The position numbers were made by a program, and so were the translations under genes. From IMG/VR virus record IMGVR_UViG_3300007972_000001, positions 1 to 53,049 of that record: a DNA stretch of 53,049 nt; one strand, written 5' to 3'. This DNA comes from a virus. Lineage: Duplodnaviria; Caudoviricetes. The notes under the pieces are model-generated. The model worked only from the letters and a program-made list of their open reading frames with translations, was not told the origin of the DNA and did no database searches. Below are positions 9,045 through 17,939 of the stretch, in pieces; position 1 is the first letter of the stretch, and the number at the start of each line of letters is the position of its first letter.

Positions 9045-9914
9045 ATGGTTAGACCCAATCTATATGTGGCGTCCAAAGCCAAGTACGGAGAAACGTGGCA
9101 ATTGCTACGAGACGTGCAAGGCTGGCCCATCATCAGTACTTGGATCGATGAGTATAAGCCAGGTCAGACTGAAGACCTATCTGAGCTTTGGGACCGCTGT
9201 GTTGATGAGGCTATGAACGCTGATGCCTTGTTGGTGTACGCAGAGTCCGGAGAGACACTGAAAGGTGCTTTGGTCGAAGTTGGTGTTGCTATCGGTAGTA
9301 GTGTTCCAATTTATGCAGTTGTTCCAGACAACGTTGGCTCGTGGGTACATTATCCTTATGTCAAGCGATTTGCTTCTATAGCAGCCGCTCTAGCTTCCAT
9401 AGAAGAAGACTTTGAACTGCCTTCATACGGTGACGTTGCCGGCACCAAACTATTTGGGCCAATTCTTTCTGAGACAGACTGGTTGCCCGAGGTTCATACT
9501 ATAGATACTAAGGAGAAATTCCTTGAAGTGTATGGCAATCCAATAGAGAGTGATCCCCCAATACCTATCAATAAGCTGTACGACATTCCTCCACCAATTT
9601 GGGTAGATAGACCAGCTTCTGGTACAGCAGAAGCCATAGCAACGGCAATAGATTGGTTATACAGTGATGATTTTTTCGACAGGATGAGAATTGTCACTAG
9701 GTCCGATCTAGAGGAGCATTGCTCGTTTGTCACGCATCGATTTGATGAGCGTGGACAGTTCTCTGTCGTACCAAAGTCTAAGGAAAGCAAAGCTCTCCTA
9801 GAAAAGAGTGCCACACTCGGAGTAGATTTTGTGTGCTTTGATTCTGTATCTGATCTGGTTGCTGAACTTGGACAGCGCATCAAGGCAGCCCAGAAAAAGC
9901 ATGGTTTGATATGA
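9045..9914 (+). CDS. Nucleoside 2-deoxyribosyltransferase-like domain fused to an unknown C-terminal region
   Basis: LYVAS...IISTWID...NADALLVY...LKGALVEVGVAIG...PIYAV fits the NDT-like flavodoxin fold with the conserved Glu; GAGG RBS. Confidence 0.65.
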   Translation: MVRPNLYVASKAKYGETWQLLRDVQGWPIISTWIDEYKPGQTEDLSELWDRCVDEAMNADALLVYAESGETLKGALVEVGVAIGSSVPIYAVVPDNVGSWVHYPYVKRFASIAAALASIEEDFELPSYGDVAGTKLFGPILSETDWLPEVHTIDTKEKFLEVYGNPIESDPPIPINKLYDIPPPIWVDRPASGTAEAIATAIDWLYSDDFFDRMRIVTRSDLEEHCSFVTHRFDERGQFSVVPKSKESKALLEKSATLGVDFVCFDSVSDLVAELGQRIKAAQKKHGLI

Positions 9915-9923
9915 GGTTCAACA

Positions 9924-10244
9924 ATGCTGTACTTCATGCACACCGATAAATGGAATTTCTCCTTAGCACATGCTGATAATGATGAGGAGATAATCATCTA
10001 TGCTCGTTCTAACTTAAAAGTGTGCATAGTCAAAAATGCCGGTGCAAAAGTAGTGTGGAAAAGAGGGTATGAACCCGGCACAAGGCAGGTTTATATCTTC
10101 TTTCGAGAGGAAGGTTGGTACCCACTATATTTGACGAGCGAAACGCAAGTAGAGCCAAATGCCCGAGCTAATCCTGGAACTCTTAGAGTAGAGGATATTT
10201 ATGGAAATTTGATATGGGGTGAGGCTGCTCCAACTTGTAGGTGA
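9924..10244 (+). CDS. Hypothetical protein
   Basis: GAGG RBS, fills the gap in the operon. Confidence 0.55.
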   Translation: MLYFMHTDKWNFSLAHADNDEEIIIYARSNLKVCIVKNAGAKVVWKRGYEPGTRQVYIFFREEGWYPLYLTSETQVEPNARANPGTLRVEDIYGNLIWGEAAPTCR

Positions 10245-10248
10245 TATT

Positions 10249-10500
10249 ATGCTGGTGTACAATAGACTGGATAGTTGCCCGCGTTGTGGGTTCACTGTCT
10301 TTAATCAGCGGCAGTTTGGAATAAGCGGTGAGTATCAGTGCCCAAACTGCAATCGAACAGTTGAAGATATCGTGAAGGTGTATCGGTCAACTGAGGAAGC
10401 TCTTAAGGAGTCTGGTCTTGTCGAAGAAGATGACCAAAAAGTGGGCACACATGACAGTGGGCCACGGCAGATCAAGAGACGACAGGATAAAGACACTTGA
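10249..10500 (+). CDS. Zinc-ribbon protein
   Basis: CPRCG and CPNCN pairs; AGGTG RBS before the ATG at 10249. Confidence 0.6.
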   Translation: MLVYNRLDSCPRCGFTVFNQRQFGISGEYQCPNCNRTVEDIVKVYRSTEEALKESGLVEEDDQKVGTHDSGPRQIKRRQDKDT

Positions 10501-10867
10501 TGGCTATAACACACCCTCGATAGCTGTCCACCGCCTTCGACGAGCTGTGAAACTTTCAAAGAGAATTTGGGAGCCTTGCAATGGAAATCACAGGATAAGC
10601 CGCATCTTCCAAAAGAAGGGCCACACTGTTTTTACCAGCGATATCTTTCGTTGGGATGATCTGACAAAAGAAGGGTTTGCAGTGTTGGCTGTTAGCTCTC
10701 GCGGCCCTTACCGTTCAAGTTGGTTCAACGTGCCGATGTACGTCCTAGACTCTTGGGACCTAGATCAGTCTAAATCTTTTCTCGATTTTATCCGAAATCA
10801 ACTGTCACCGATCTCTGTGGAGAAAGCCGAAGCTATTCGATACTTTATTCGAGACTATTGTGGTTGA
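10418..10867 (+). pseudogene. Truncated or chimeric DNA adenine methyltransferase-like ORF
   Basis: DGYNTP...IWEPCNGNHRIS...GHTVFTSDI resembles the N-terminus and SAM-binding motif I of small phage MTases, but no NPPY/DPPY catalytic motif follows. Confidence 0.5.
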
Positions 10868-10877
10868 GGAGTAGCAA

Positions 10878-11441
10878 ATGCAGATGATACGCGGTCCAAA
10901 GACGATACGTGGTCCAAAGATGATTATGTCGAACGGTGAGTACTTCGACTTTGAACGTCCTGAAGATGCAAGTTTTGACATCCGAGATATCGCCCACAGC
11001 CTGTCGATGATATGTAGGTTTGGCGGTCAGTGCCCAAGCTTCTATTCCGTTGCCGAGCATAGTGTCCTAGTCAGCCGACTGGTGCCAAAACATCTCAGGA
11101 AGCAGGCCATATTGCATGACTCTCCAGAGTTTATTCTAGGTGACATGATCAAGCCGATTAAGGTTAGGATGCCAGAATACAACGATTATGAGGAAAAGTT
11201 ATGGAACATTATAGCCGATAGGTTCAACGTGCCGCGTGAGATGGATCCATTGGTCATTGAGGCAGACATCACAATGCTAGCTACCGAGCAAAAATATGTG
11301 ATGTATAATGTCGATAACTGGGAGTTCACCCGAGGAAAGGCTCCAAACGACTCTGTTAAACCTCGTTGTCTGGCACCTATGCATGCCAAGAATTTGTTTT
11401 TGATCGAGTACATCGAAATTATGAAAGAGGAGAATGCGTAA
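10878..11441 (+). CDS. HD-domain 5'-deoxynucleotidase-like hydrolase (YfbR/YfdR type)
   Basis: IRDIAHSLSMICRFGG, YSVAEHS, ILHDSPE..LGD, EAD..L..E motifs. Confidence 0.88.
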   Translation: MQMIRGPKTIRGPKMIMSNGEYFDFERPEDASFDIRDIAHSLSMICRFGGQCPSFYSVAEHSVLVSRLVPKHLRKQAILHDSPEFILGDMIKPIKVRMPEYNDYEEKLWNIIADRFNVPREMDPLVIEADITMLATEQKYVMYNVDNWEFTRGKAPNDSVKPRCLAPMHAKNLFLIEYIEIMKEENA

Positions 11442-11827
11442 TGCTCAGATACCTAATACCTCTAGTTTTGTTAGCTACACCAGCAATATGCTTAGGTGGA
11501 CACACTAGCTATGGTCAGACAACAAATGCTCAGCAACTTAACTGGACAACCCAGACTTTTACAGACTTTGACTGGGTGGGTTCTACACAATCGCCGTTGG
11601 ATAAAGCTCACGCTCTGTGCTTAACACGTAGGGTAAATGATGGCCTAATGTATTCAACCAACCCGCCTTTACCTGGGTACAGCTGGGCCTCAGGTTGGGA
11701 AAAATGCGCCAAAATAGAAGACCTTTGGGGAAAAACGGAGGCTGCTAGGCGACTCAAAGAAAGACAGGAGCAAGAAAAGCGTGACCAAGAGTTCATAGAT
11801 CAGGTCATTAAGGATAACGAGAAATGA
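11441..11827 (+). CDS. Exported hypothetical protein
   Basis: GAGGAG RBS; MLRYLIPLVLLATPAICLG is signal-peptide-like. Confidence 0.55.
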   Translation: MLRYLIPLVLLATPAICLGGHTSYGQTTNAQQLNWTTQTFTDFDWVGSTQSPLDKAHALCLTRRVNDGLMYSTNPPLPGYSWASGWEKCAKIEDLWGKTEAARRLKERQEQEKRDQEFIDQVIKDNEK

Positions 11828-12150
11828 GCCAGCCTCATCCTAAGCTCCAAGAGATTGCAAACATTATTTTGGAGCTAACTCGCTATGAGGTATCAGACGA
11901 GACAGCCCTACTGACGGCTAGAAAGATCGTCACTGCTCTAAGAGAACCAACTAACGATATGGGTGCGGCTGCTACAGTGGTAGAGGTAAATAAAAACTTG
12001 CTGTTCAACGATAATGTGGATAGTAGGAGATTAACATTGGAGCAGTTAGATAGCATTGGTTTCTTCGATTGCTTGAGTGCCAATCCAGAAAAGTGGTTTA
12101 TGCCCAACTATCGCACTATGATCGACAAGATTTTAGGAGAGAACAAGTGA
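11824..12150 (+). CDS. Hypothetical protein
   Basis: ATGA-coupled ORF with LREPT..M motif. Confidence 0.6.
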   Translation: MSQPHPKLQEIANIILELTRYEVSDETALLTARKIVTALREPTNDMGAAATVVEVNKNLLFNDNVDSRRLTLEQLDSIGFFDCLSANPEKWFMPNYRTMIDKILGENK

Positions 12151-12674
12151 CATTGCTAGTTAACCTGTACGGTGCTCCAGGAGCAGGGAAAAGCACCACC
12201 GCAGCAGGCCTATTCTTTCTCCTAAAGACGCATGGTTTTAATGCGGAGTACGTCTCTGAGTTTGCTAAAGACCTAACGTGGGAGAAGAGACACGTCACGC
12301 TAAAGTCGCAGCCGTATATTTTTGGAAAACAATTGCGGAACCTTGAGCGTCTAATAGACCAAGTAGACGTAATCGTTACTGACTCTCCACTGTTACTGTC
12401 GTCGTTCTATGGAAAAAAGTATGCCAATTATCCAGACTCCTTTTATCAATCGGTTAGAGACATATCGGCCACTTTCAATGCAAAGAACTTTGTGATAGGC
12501 AGGACAAAATCTTATAATCCAAGTGGTCGTAACCAAACAGAAGAAGAGTCAGATCAAATCGCTGAGGAGCTCTTATCGTTCTTGAGAGGAGAGAACGTAA
12601 CATATCGACTCATCAAGGGTGATAAGGATGCACCTTCAAAGATACTAAATCTTATCGAACCCGACATTAGGTAA
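12147..12674 (+). CDS. NadR/AAA_28-like P-loop nucleotide kinase
   Basis: GTG start overlapping the upstream stop after AGGAG; NLYGAPGAGKST, SEFAK, VTDSPLLLS, GRNQ. Confidence 0.8.
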   Translation: MTLLVNLYGAPGAGKSTTAAGLFFLLKTHGFNAEYVSEFAKDLTWEKRHVTLKSQPYIFGKQLRNLERLIDQVDVIVTDSPLLLSSFYGKKYANYPDSFYQSVRDISATFNAKNFVIGRTKSYNPSGRNQTEEESDQIAEELLSFLRGENVTYRLIKGDKDAPSKILNLIEPDIR

Positions 12675-12730
12675 TTTATAGCACAGAGCAATTTAGACTA
12701 GCGCCGTTTCAGCGCGCTAGGAGAAATTTA

Positions 12731-13501
12731 ATGACTATTCTCAGAGCCTACGGATGGCGTCCGGATAAGCCGTGTGTCCACGACACATACCGCACTGCAC
12801 CGCGCTTTTTGCGCGCCTTTACTCTCCCAAGCAATGTTGATCTAGAGCCTCACTTTCCAGGGGTATACGATCAAGGTCAGACTGGCTCCTGCACAGGTAA
12901 TTCCTCTGGCAGCGTTGTCGAGTTCCTTCGACTGAAACAGCGTCTTTGGGACTTTACGCCCTCCCGCCTGTTCATCTACTACAACGGTCGCGCTCTTGAA
13001 GGAACCACTGATCAAGATGCTGGTGCTGAGATTCGTGACGTTATCTCTGGCCTCTTAAAGTTTGGTGCACCTTCCGAGAAAGTGTGGGCGTTTGATCCAA
13101 GCCTGCTAACCGTCAAGCCGTATACCTCAGCCTACGAGAAGGCTAAGCTGGATCTAATCTCTGGTGCAGATCGTGTCTTGCAGACAGAGCAGGCTATCCG
13201 CTCTACCCTTGCTGGTGGTGAGCCAATTGTCTTTGGTATCACAGTTTACGAGTCCTTCGAGAGCGAAGCCGTTGCAAGCTCTGGTATTGTTCCGATGCCC
13301 GGTACTCGTGAACAATCAGTCGGTGGACACGCTATTGTGATTGTTGGTTACGATCATGCTAAGCGTATGTTCAAAATCAGAAACTCTTGGGGTAAGGGTT
13401 GGGGTCAACGCGGCTATTGCTGGCTACCGTATGACTACGTTCTTAGCCCTGATCTGGCTGACGACTTTTGGGTTTTGAACGGCATTAGGGTCGCCGCCTA
13501 A
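12731..13501 (+). CDS. Papain-like cysteine peptidase, family C1A
   Basis: DQGQTGSCTGN (oxyanion Gln and catalytic Cys), SRLFIYY, GGHAIVIVGY, IRNSWG..WG..GY. Confidence 0.95.
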   Translation: MTILRAYGWRPDKPCVHDTYRTAPRFLRAFTLPSNVDLEPHFPGVYDQGQTGSCTGNSSGSVVEFLRLKQRLWDFTPSRLFIYYNGRALEGTTDQDAGAEIRDVISGLLKFGAPSEKVWAFDPSLLTVKPYTSAYEKAKLDLISGADRVLQTEQAIRSTLAGGEPIVFGITVYESFESEAVASSGIVPMPGTREQSVGGHAIVIVGYDHAKRMFKIRNSWGKGWGQRGYCWLPYDYVLSPDLADDFWVLNGIRVAA

Positions 13502-13523
13502 ACAGTCAAATTAACCACAATAA

Positions 13524-13554
13524 AAGGCCGCAGCAAAAACTGCGGCCTTCTTTT
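13524..13554. terminator. Bidirectional intrinsic terminator
   Basis: AAGGCCGCAG-caaaaa-CTGCGGCCTT with T/A tracts, between convergent genes. Confidence 0.85.
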
Positions 13555-13577
13555 GGATTTCGCTCTCGATTTCCTGC

Positions 13578-14093
13578 TCAATCTTGCTCATTGTTCTCTC
13601 CGTTTGGGTTAAAGTACGTCAAGTAGCAATCTTTTAAGAACCTATCCTTAGGATCCAAGAAGCCATCTGTCACGACTGACATTCCAAGTAATCTACCTAA
13701 ATAACCATGATTCTTAACGGTATCGTGTGTAGAGCAAGGATCAAACAGGTCACCGTATTTCGCAGCATCTCCGACTATACAAGACCACCCATCAGGAATC
13801 ATGGCAAATACGTTTGGTTCTATCTTGTACGCTTCACAAAAGGTTTTCCTTGCCTTGGCTAAATCCTCAGGCGTGAATGGTACAGTGACTGTAATTCTGT
13901 CACCAGAGAGGTCTCGAATTTGGTTAATAGATGCGCCGTTGCGCCGAACCTCTTCTAAAGACCGTCTCATATCTCTCATCTTATTTTCAACTACCTCTGT
14001 CGGTTTCTTTGAAGTCTCGAACATTTCTCTAAGGGCTTGCAGCTTTTCGCCAGTCAGCTCCGCATCGTCCGCTAGGATCAGTATCATGGCCAT
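13578..14093 (-). CDS. Truncated paralogue of the major capsid protein
   Basis: PDGWSCIVGDAAKYGDLFDP and GYLGRLLGMSVVTDGFLDPKDRFL align with MCP PAGWSDIVGNASAWGNLFDP and GYLGRLLGMPITTDGFRDPNQRVL; GGAGA RBS. Confidence 0.9.
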   Translation of the reverse strand: MAMILILADDAELTGEKLQALREMFETSKKPTEVVENKMRDMRRSLEEVRRNGASINQIRDLSGDRITVTVPFTPEDLAKARKTFCEAYKIEPNVFAMIPDGWSCIVGDAAKYGDLFDPCSTHDTVKNHGYLGRLLGMSVVTDGFLDPKDRFLKDCYLTYFNPNGENNEQD

Positions 14094-14104
14094 TATTTGT
14101 CTCC

Positions 14105-14134
14105 AAAAGAAAAGAGGGGCATTACGCCCCTCTT
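14105..14134 (-). terminator. Intrinsic terminator fused to the RBS of the MCP paralogue
   Basis: Minus strand AAGAGGGGC-gtaat-GCCCCTCTT-TTCTTTT-GGAGA. Confidence 0.8.
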
Positions 14135-14135
14135 G

Positions 14136-14753
14136 TTACTTGTTGTGGGCTTTCATCATCTTGAGAATGCCGGAGTTGCTAGTCTTGCGCTGCACGAAGG
14201 CCCAATCGTTGGCAGTCATCGAGTCAGCGAGAGTCCTTAGCTGACTCTGCCTTGAGGAGTCTGTCAAGTCATCCCGAGACATGATATCAAAGACCATCGG
14301 GTTAACATTGTCGTCGCCGTCTGGGTCAACTTCGCCCACCGCTAGCTTAGCTCCGGGTCGATTCTTAGCGTCGATTTCCACTTGCTCGCTCGGTGACGGC
14401 ATGGCTACGTCGTGAGCTAAACGCTCCGCCTGAATACGAGTCAGCTCTTCCTTGGCTTCATCGCTATCCAACATAGCCTCTGCTTCTTCATCGCGCAGCA
14501 GCTTTAGATGACCATTGTTGATCAACTGCCGGAAGTGGAAGTTGCTGATCAGCAGCTCCTTGTCAATGATTTCACCAAGGTCGATCGGGATCCACGTTGA
14601 TGGAATAGTGATCGACTTTTTCTCGTTCGGGCCAATATCAAGTGGCACCATATAGTCAGTCTTTTTCTGGTACAGCTTGACGCCCATATTCAGAACATAC
14701 ACATGGGGGCTTTGGATGTTCTGTAGTTCAGTGACTTTAAGACCTCTAGACAT
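14136..14753 (-). CDS. Hypothetical protein
   Basis: 205 aa ORF with GAGG RBS, followed by a terminator. Confidence 0.7.
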   Translation of the reverse strand: MSRGLKVTELQNIQSPHVYVLNMGVKLYQKKTDYMVPLDIGPNEKKSITIPSTWIPIDLGEIIDKELLISNFHFRQLINNGHLKLLRDEEAEAMLDSDEAKEELTRIQAERLAHDVAMPSPSEQVEIDAKNRPGAKLAVGEVDPDGDDNVNPMVFDIMSRDDLTDSSRQSQLRTLADSMTANDWAFVQRKTSNSGILKMMKAHNK

Positions 14754-15264
14754 GTTTGTTCCTCAGTTTTTCCTGTTGAAGGTGAAGACGCCTTAATCGC
14801 GCCATGCCGATCTTGTCCAACGTTTTCTCGTCCATCGCAGCCACAGCATACACTTGCTCGGGAGAGATTTTCCCGAAATAGGCTGACAGTATCGCGTTTC
14901 GTCTAGCCTTATCTACAATCTTTTTCCTACTATCACACTTGTCCTTATTTAAGCAGTCTCCTTGTGTTGGACGTGTGACACCACACTTACTGCACCTATG
15001 ACTACCACATTTAGCATTCTCAGCGGTACTAAGTACTCGGAGCCAACATTCAATCTTTTCTCTACCGGCCTGAATGCTGTACTCCATGTTTCGATTGCTA
15101 ATGTTGAACAGGTAGGCCAAGTCAGGTCCAATTAGAGTATCCTTTAAGCCAGCGGCGATCTTCACACACTGAGTTGTGTGCCTGTCAGTACCATGGTACC
15201 AACAATGTGAGTGGTGACACTTGCCGTCAAAGGAGCTTTTTGTAATAGGACACATGTAAGGCAA
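14746..15264 (-). CDS. Cys/His-rich putative zinc-binding protein
   Basis: CP..C..CWYH..C and CSKCG..C..C clusters. Confidence 0.65.
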   Translation of the reverse strand: MPYMCPITKSSFDGKCHHSHCWYHGTDRHTTQCVKIAAGLKDTLIGPDLAYLFNISNRNMEYSIQAGREKIECWLRVLSTAENAKCGSHRCSKCGVTRPTQGDCLNKDKCDSRKKIVDKARRNAILSAYFGKISPEQVYAVAAMDEKTLDKIGMARLRRLHLQQEKLRNKHV

Positions 15265-15265
15265 C

Positions 15266-15814
15266 TCATCTACCTCCCAAGGTTTTGGTACTGTCTTCGA
15301 CTATTCTCCAAATAAGGGAGGAGTCAACACCTTTCATGCCGTTGGTGTGTTGCCACAGGCCTATTAGGGAGGCGTCTATTCGATGAGGGGGATGAGATTT
15401 TCGTCCAGTCTTGACCGTTTTGCCCCAATTATAGCAATCTTGTAGGTCAACACCTGCACGTTTGACGCTGTTCTTCCAAGTTGCTGCGAGCATGGTTTGA
15501 AACTCTATGCCGCGCCACTGAGCTAGCGTCCTGATTATGCCTGATCCGAAACTGATAATCTCGCTTTGCGCACCGTTAAATCGGCCACGAACGGCCCATC
15601 TTTCAACGGCCACAGCATTTGGTTGAAAAGTGTCAAATATATCCTGCCACGTAGACTCAAAATTTAGGGCTGATTCAGCAGCATCTACACCCTGAATGAC
15701 TGATAAGGGACAAAATAGCATAGCAGAACCAACGCAACGTATACCACGGCGCGTGTCCTCGATTAAAGCTATTGCAGAGTTCTTTGTGCCGGGGTCGTTT
15801 CCAACGGTCTTCAC
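15266..15814 (-). CDS. ruvC: RuvC-like Holliday junction resolvase
   Basis: GNDPGTKNSA, VAVERW, AATWKN, HRIDASLIG acidic RNase H-fold motifs. Confidence 0.8.
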   Translation of the reverse strand: MKTVGNDPGTKNSAIALIEDTRRGIRCVGSAMLFCPLSVIQGVDAAESALNFESTWQDIFDTFQPNAVAVERWAVRGRFNGAQSEIISFGSGIIRTLAQWRGIEFQTMLAATWKNSVKRAGVDLQDCYNWGKTVKTGRKSHPPHRIDASLIGLWQHTNGMKGVDSSLIWRIVEDSTKTLGGR

Positions 15815-15888
15815 TTAATAAATTCCGAGTACTTTGGACGCCGCAGAGGCAGTCTATTCCCCTATCTGCTTATTATTAACAGGGAGAG

Positions 15889-15917
15889 TTGAAACATCAC
15901 AACTTCAATTTTCATTG
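15889..15917 (+). promoter_or_regulatory. Candidate late promoter/operator motif TTGARRC-N9-10-TCAATTT-N3-TTG (copy 1)
   Basis: TTGAAAC-atcacaact-TCAATTT-tca-TTG in the divergent intergenic region; recurs at 31444 and 35319. Confidence 0.5.
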
Positions 15918-15942
15918 AATGTTCATACTCAGAGGGTCAAAA

Positions 15943-17565
15943 ATGGCCATAAACTTCGGCCCTAGGAGGGGTTTCAGCACGTACTTTGGGGGTCAACGTA
16001 ATGACAATCTGATTCCTCAGAATCGTGGTTTAGCTCAGCGGGCGCAGGAAAAGGTAGATCAACTTGCTAACACCGTCGGTCGCAAGACTGTCGAATCTAT
16101 TCGTGTGGATGGCCATCCTATTCGTCTTTGGAACCGTCAGCCTCGCGGTGGCATTCCCTGCTCGTGCGCTGCAAGTGACCCTAGAAGAGTGCCTGATGAA
16201 CTAAGCCCTTTAACTCCGGGCCTAGCGCCGGGTATGCCGGAAAATACGCCTAGCAATCTAGATGCCGTCTTTGACGATGCCTCGCGCAGAGTAACACCAG
16301 GTTCAGGTCTGCAATTAAAGCTTCGGAACAGCAGCGTCTTGAACATGCGAGACGAAGCCGAGGTGCCATTGCCTGAGCCAGAAATTCCTACTGCTGGCTC
16401 ACCTGAATTGGATGCTTCGCCGCTAACTGACCAAAGCGTCCACGTTGATCCAGAATTTGACGACATGATTACTGGAGACTTTGCTGATCTTTTAGGGCTA
16501 GTCTCTGGCGACGTTAAGGTGTGCGGCTTGTGCTACGGTACAGGGTTTGTTGATGGCTATCGTTACAGCGCAGGACAGCGTATCGTATTGGAAAGCCGTT
16601 GCTTAGGTACAAACACAACGATGTATCTTAACGGTGTTGATGTAGACGAGAGTGCAAAGCCCAACGTGTTCCGCTGCAATTTACCAAATCAGTTTGTAGT
16701 GTGGAAAACAGAACTTCCCGCCTTCATTGAGTGTGAAGGTATTCGTGTCATGAACAACACGGCGGATGTTACTGATGCTTTCCTAATTGAGTTTCAGCCT
16801 CTCGGCATTTCCGGCTGGTTCTCTGTGCCTGACCCTTCTTGGATTAACATGCTGGCAGGTTCATGGGTACAGTTTCGTGTTAGCCCAAGAAATGGATCAC
16901 TAGACGACGCAATTCAGGTATTCACGCATGTGGATATTGTTCTAAGGCAGCGGGATCAAATTTACGCGCAGATGCCACAGATCGAACGCATGCTGAACCT
17001 AGATAGCACGGAAGCCTTAATCAACACAGACTTTGAGATAGAACCTACTGTCTCGACCGTTTACCGAGAGTCTTTGATTGAATATCCAAGGAGAGGCTTG
17101 CTCTTTCGTATCACCAGCGTAGTGAATGCGGAAACCGCTAAGGGCATCCTATACGGCATTAAGGGTAATATGCGTGTAGTTCAGCCGATGGAAAAGACCA
17201 ATGCTATTCGTTTGGGTGAAAAGCGCGACGTTGTGCAGCGCCCCTTCAGAGGAATAGAAGCAGTCAATGATGGATTATATGCCGGACTTGATGGGGCTTT
17301 TTCGCCACCGGAAGAACACACAGTCACGTTGCCAACCTGTTTTCAAGGCACACCAGTCTTTCGCCTAGATACCTCATCTACGCTTAGGTTCAAACTTTCT
17401 TCCTCACAAAACACTGCTGTTTCCGCATTACCTTCAGCAGTGCAATCAACCTTATCTGCAATACTGACGCCGATGGAGAGTAGCTCAGGTACTACATTGT
17501 CTGGGCCGCTTTTTAACATGCTGGTGACTATGGCAGAAAAGATCACTCCGTTTGTATCAGCCTGA
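15943..17565 (+). CDS. Putative head-completion/neck virion protein
   Basis: PCSC and CGLCYGTGFVDGY motifs of the kind seen in large-myophage neck proteins; first gene of the structural block; GAGGG RBS. Confidence 0.5.
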   Translation: MAINFGPRRGFSTYFGGQRNDNLIPQNRGLAQRAQEKVDQLANTVGRKTVESIRVDGHPIRLWNRQPRGGIPCSCAASDPRRVPDELSPLTPGLAPGMPENTPSNLDAVFDDASRRVTPGSGLQLKLRNSSVLNMRDEAEVPLPEPEIPTAGSPELDASPLTDQSVHVDPEFDDMITGDFADLLGLVSGDVKVCGLCYGTGFVDGYRYSAGQRIVLESRCLGTNTTMYLNGVDVDESAKPNVFRCNLPNQFVVWKTELPAFIECEGIRVMNNTADVTDAFLIEFQPLGISGWFSVPDPSWINMLAGSWVQFRVSPRNGSLDDAIQVFTHVDIVLRQRDQIYAQMPQIERMLNLDSTEALINTDFEIEPTVSTVYRESLIEYPRRGLLFRITSVVNAETAKGILYGIKGNMRVVQPMEKTNAIRLGEKRDVVQRPFRGIEAVNDGLYAGLDGAFSPPEEHTVTLPTCFQGTPVFRLDTSSTLRFKLSSSQNTAVSALPSAVQSTLSAILTPMESSSGTTLSGPLFNMLVTMAEKITPFVSA

Positions 17566-17579
17566 TTTGGAGAGAGTCA

Positions 17580-17939
17580 ATGGCAGGGATAACTCTTCGC
17601 ATCGGCGACACGCTTAGTTGGGCAGGCACCATTTTGCTACCTAGTAGCACTTGGTACGCTCAGGCAATGGTCATGGACTCTAACGGCTTGCCAGTAACGG
17701 ACTGTCGCATTACGACAGTCCTAACTTACGTTGGCCCAGATGGCACTGTGACTGGTATGTATGACTACATGTTGACCTTAACGGCGCAGGCTTCCGATAC
17801 GGCTAATTGGCCTAACCCAGGTGTCAACGGCTCATTGTCATACCAACTGATCGTGAAGTGCTACACAGGTGGCTCACCTGTTCAAGAACAGTCGCTTGAC
17901 CCAATCCCCCTCACTATTCAAGGGAGATTGATGGTATGA
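17580..17939 (+). CDS. Beta-rich putative virion protein
   Basis: GDT...LTLTA..TANWP...YQL pattern of Ig-like/BppU-like phage proteins. Confidence 0.5.
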   Translation: MAGITLRIGDTLSWAGTILLPSSTWYAQAMVMDSNGLPVTDCRITTVLTYVGPDGTVTGMYDYMLTLTAQASDTANWPNPGVNGSLSYQLIVKCYTGGSPVQEQSLDPIPLTIQGRLMV

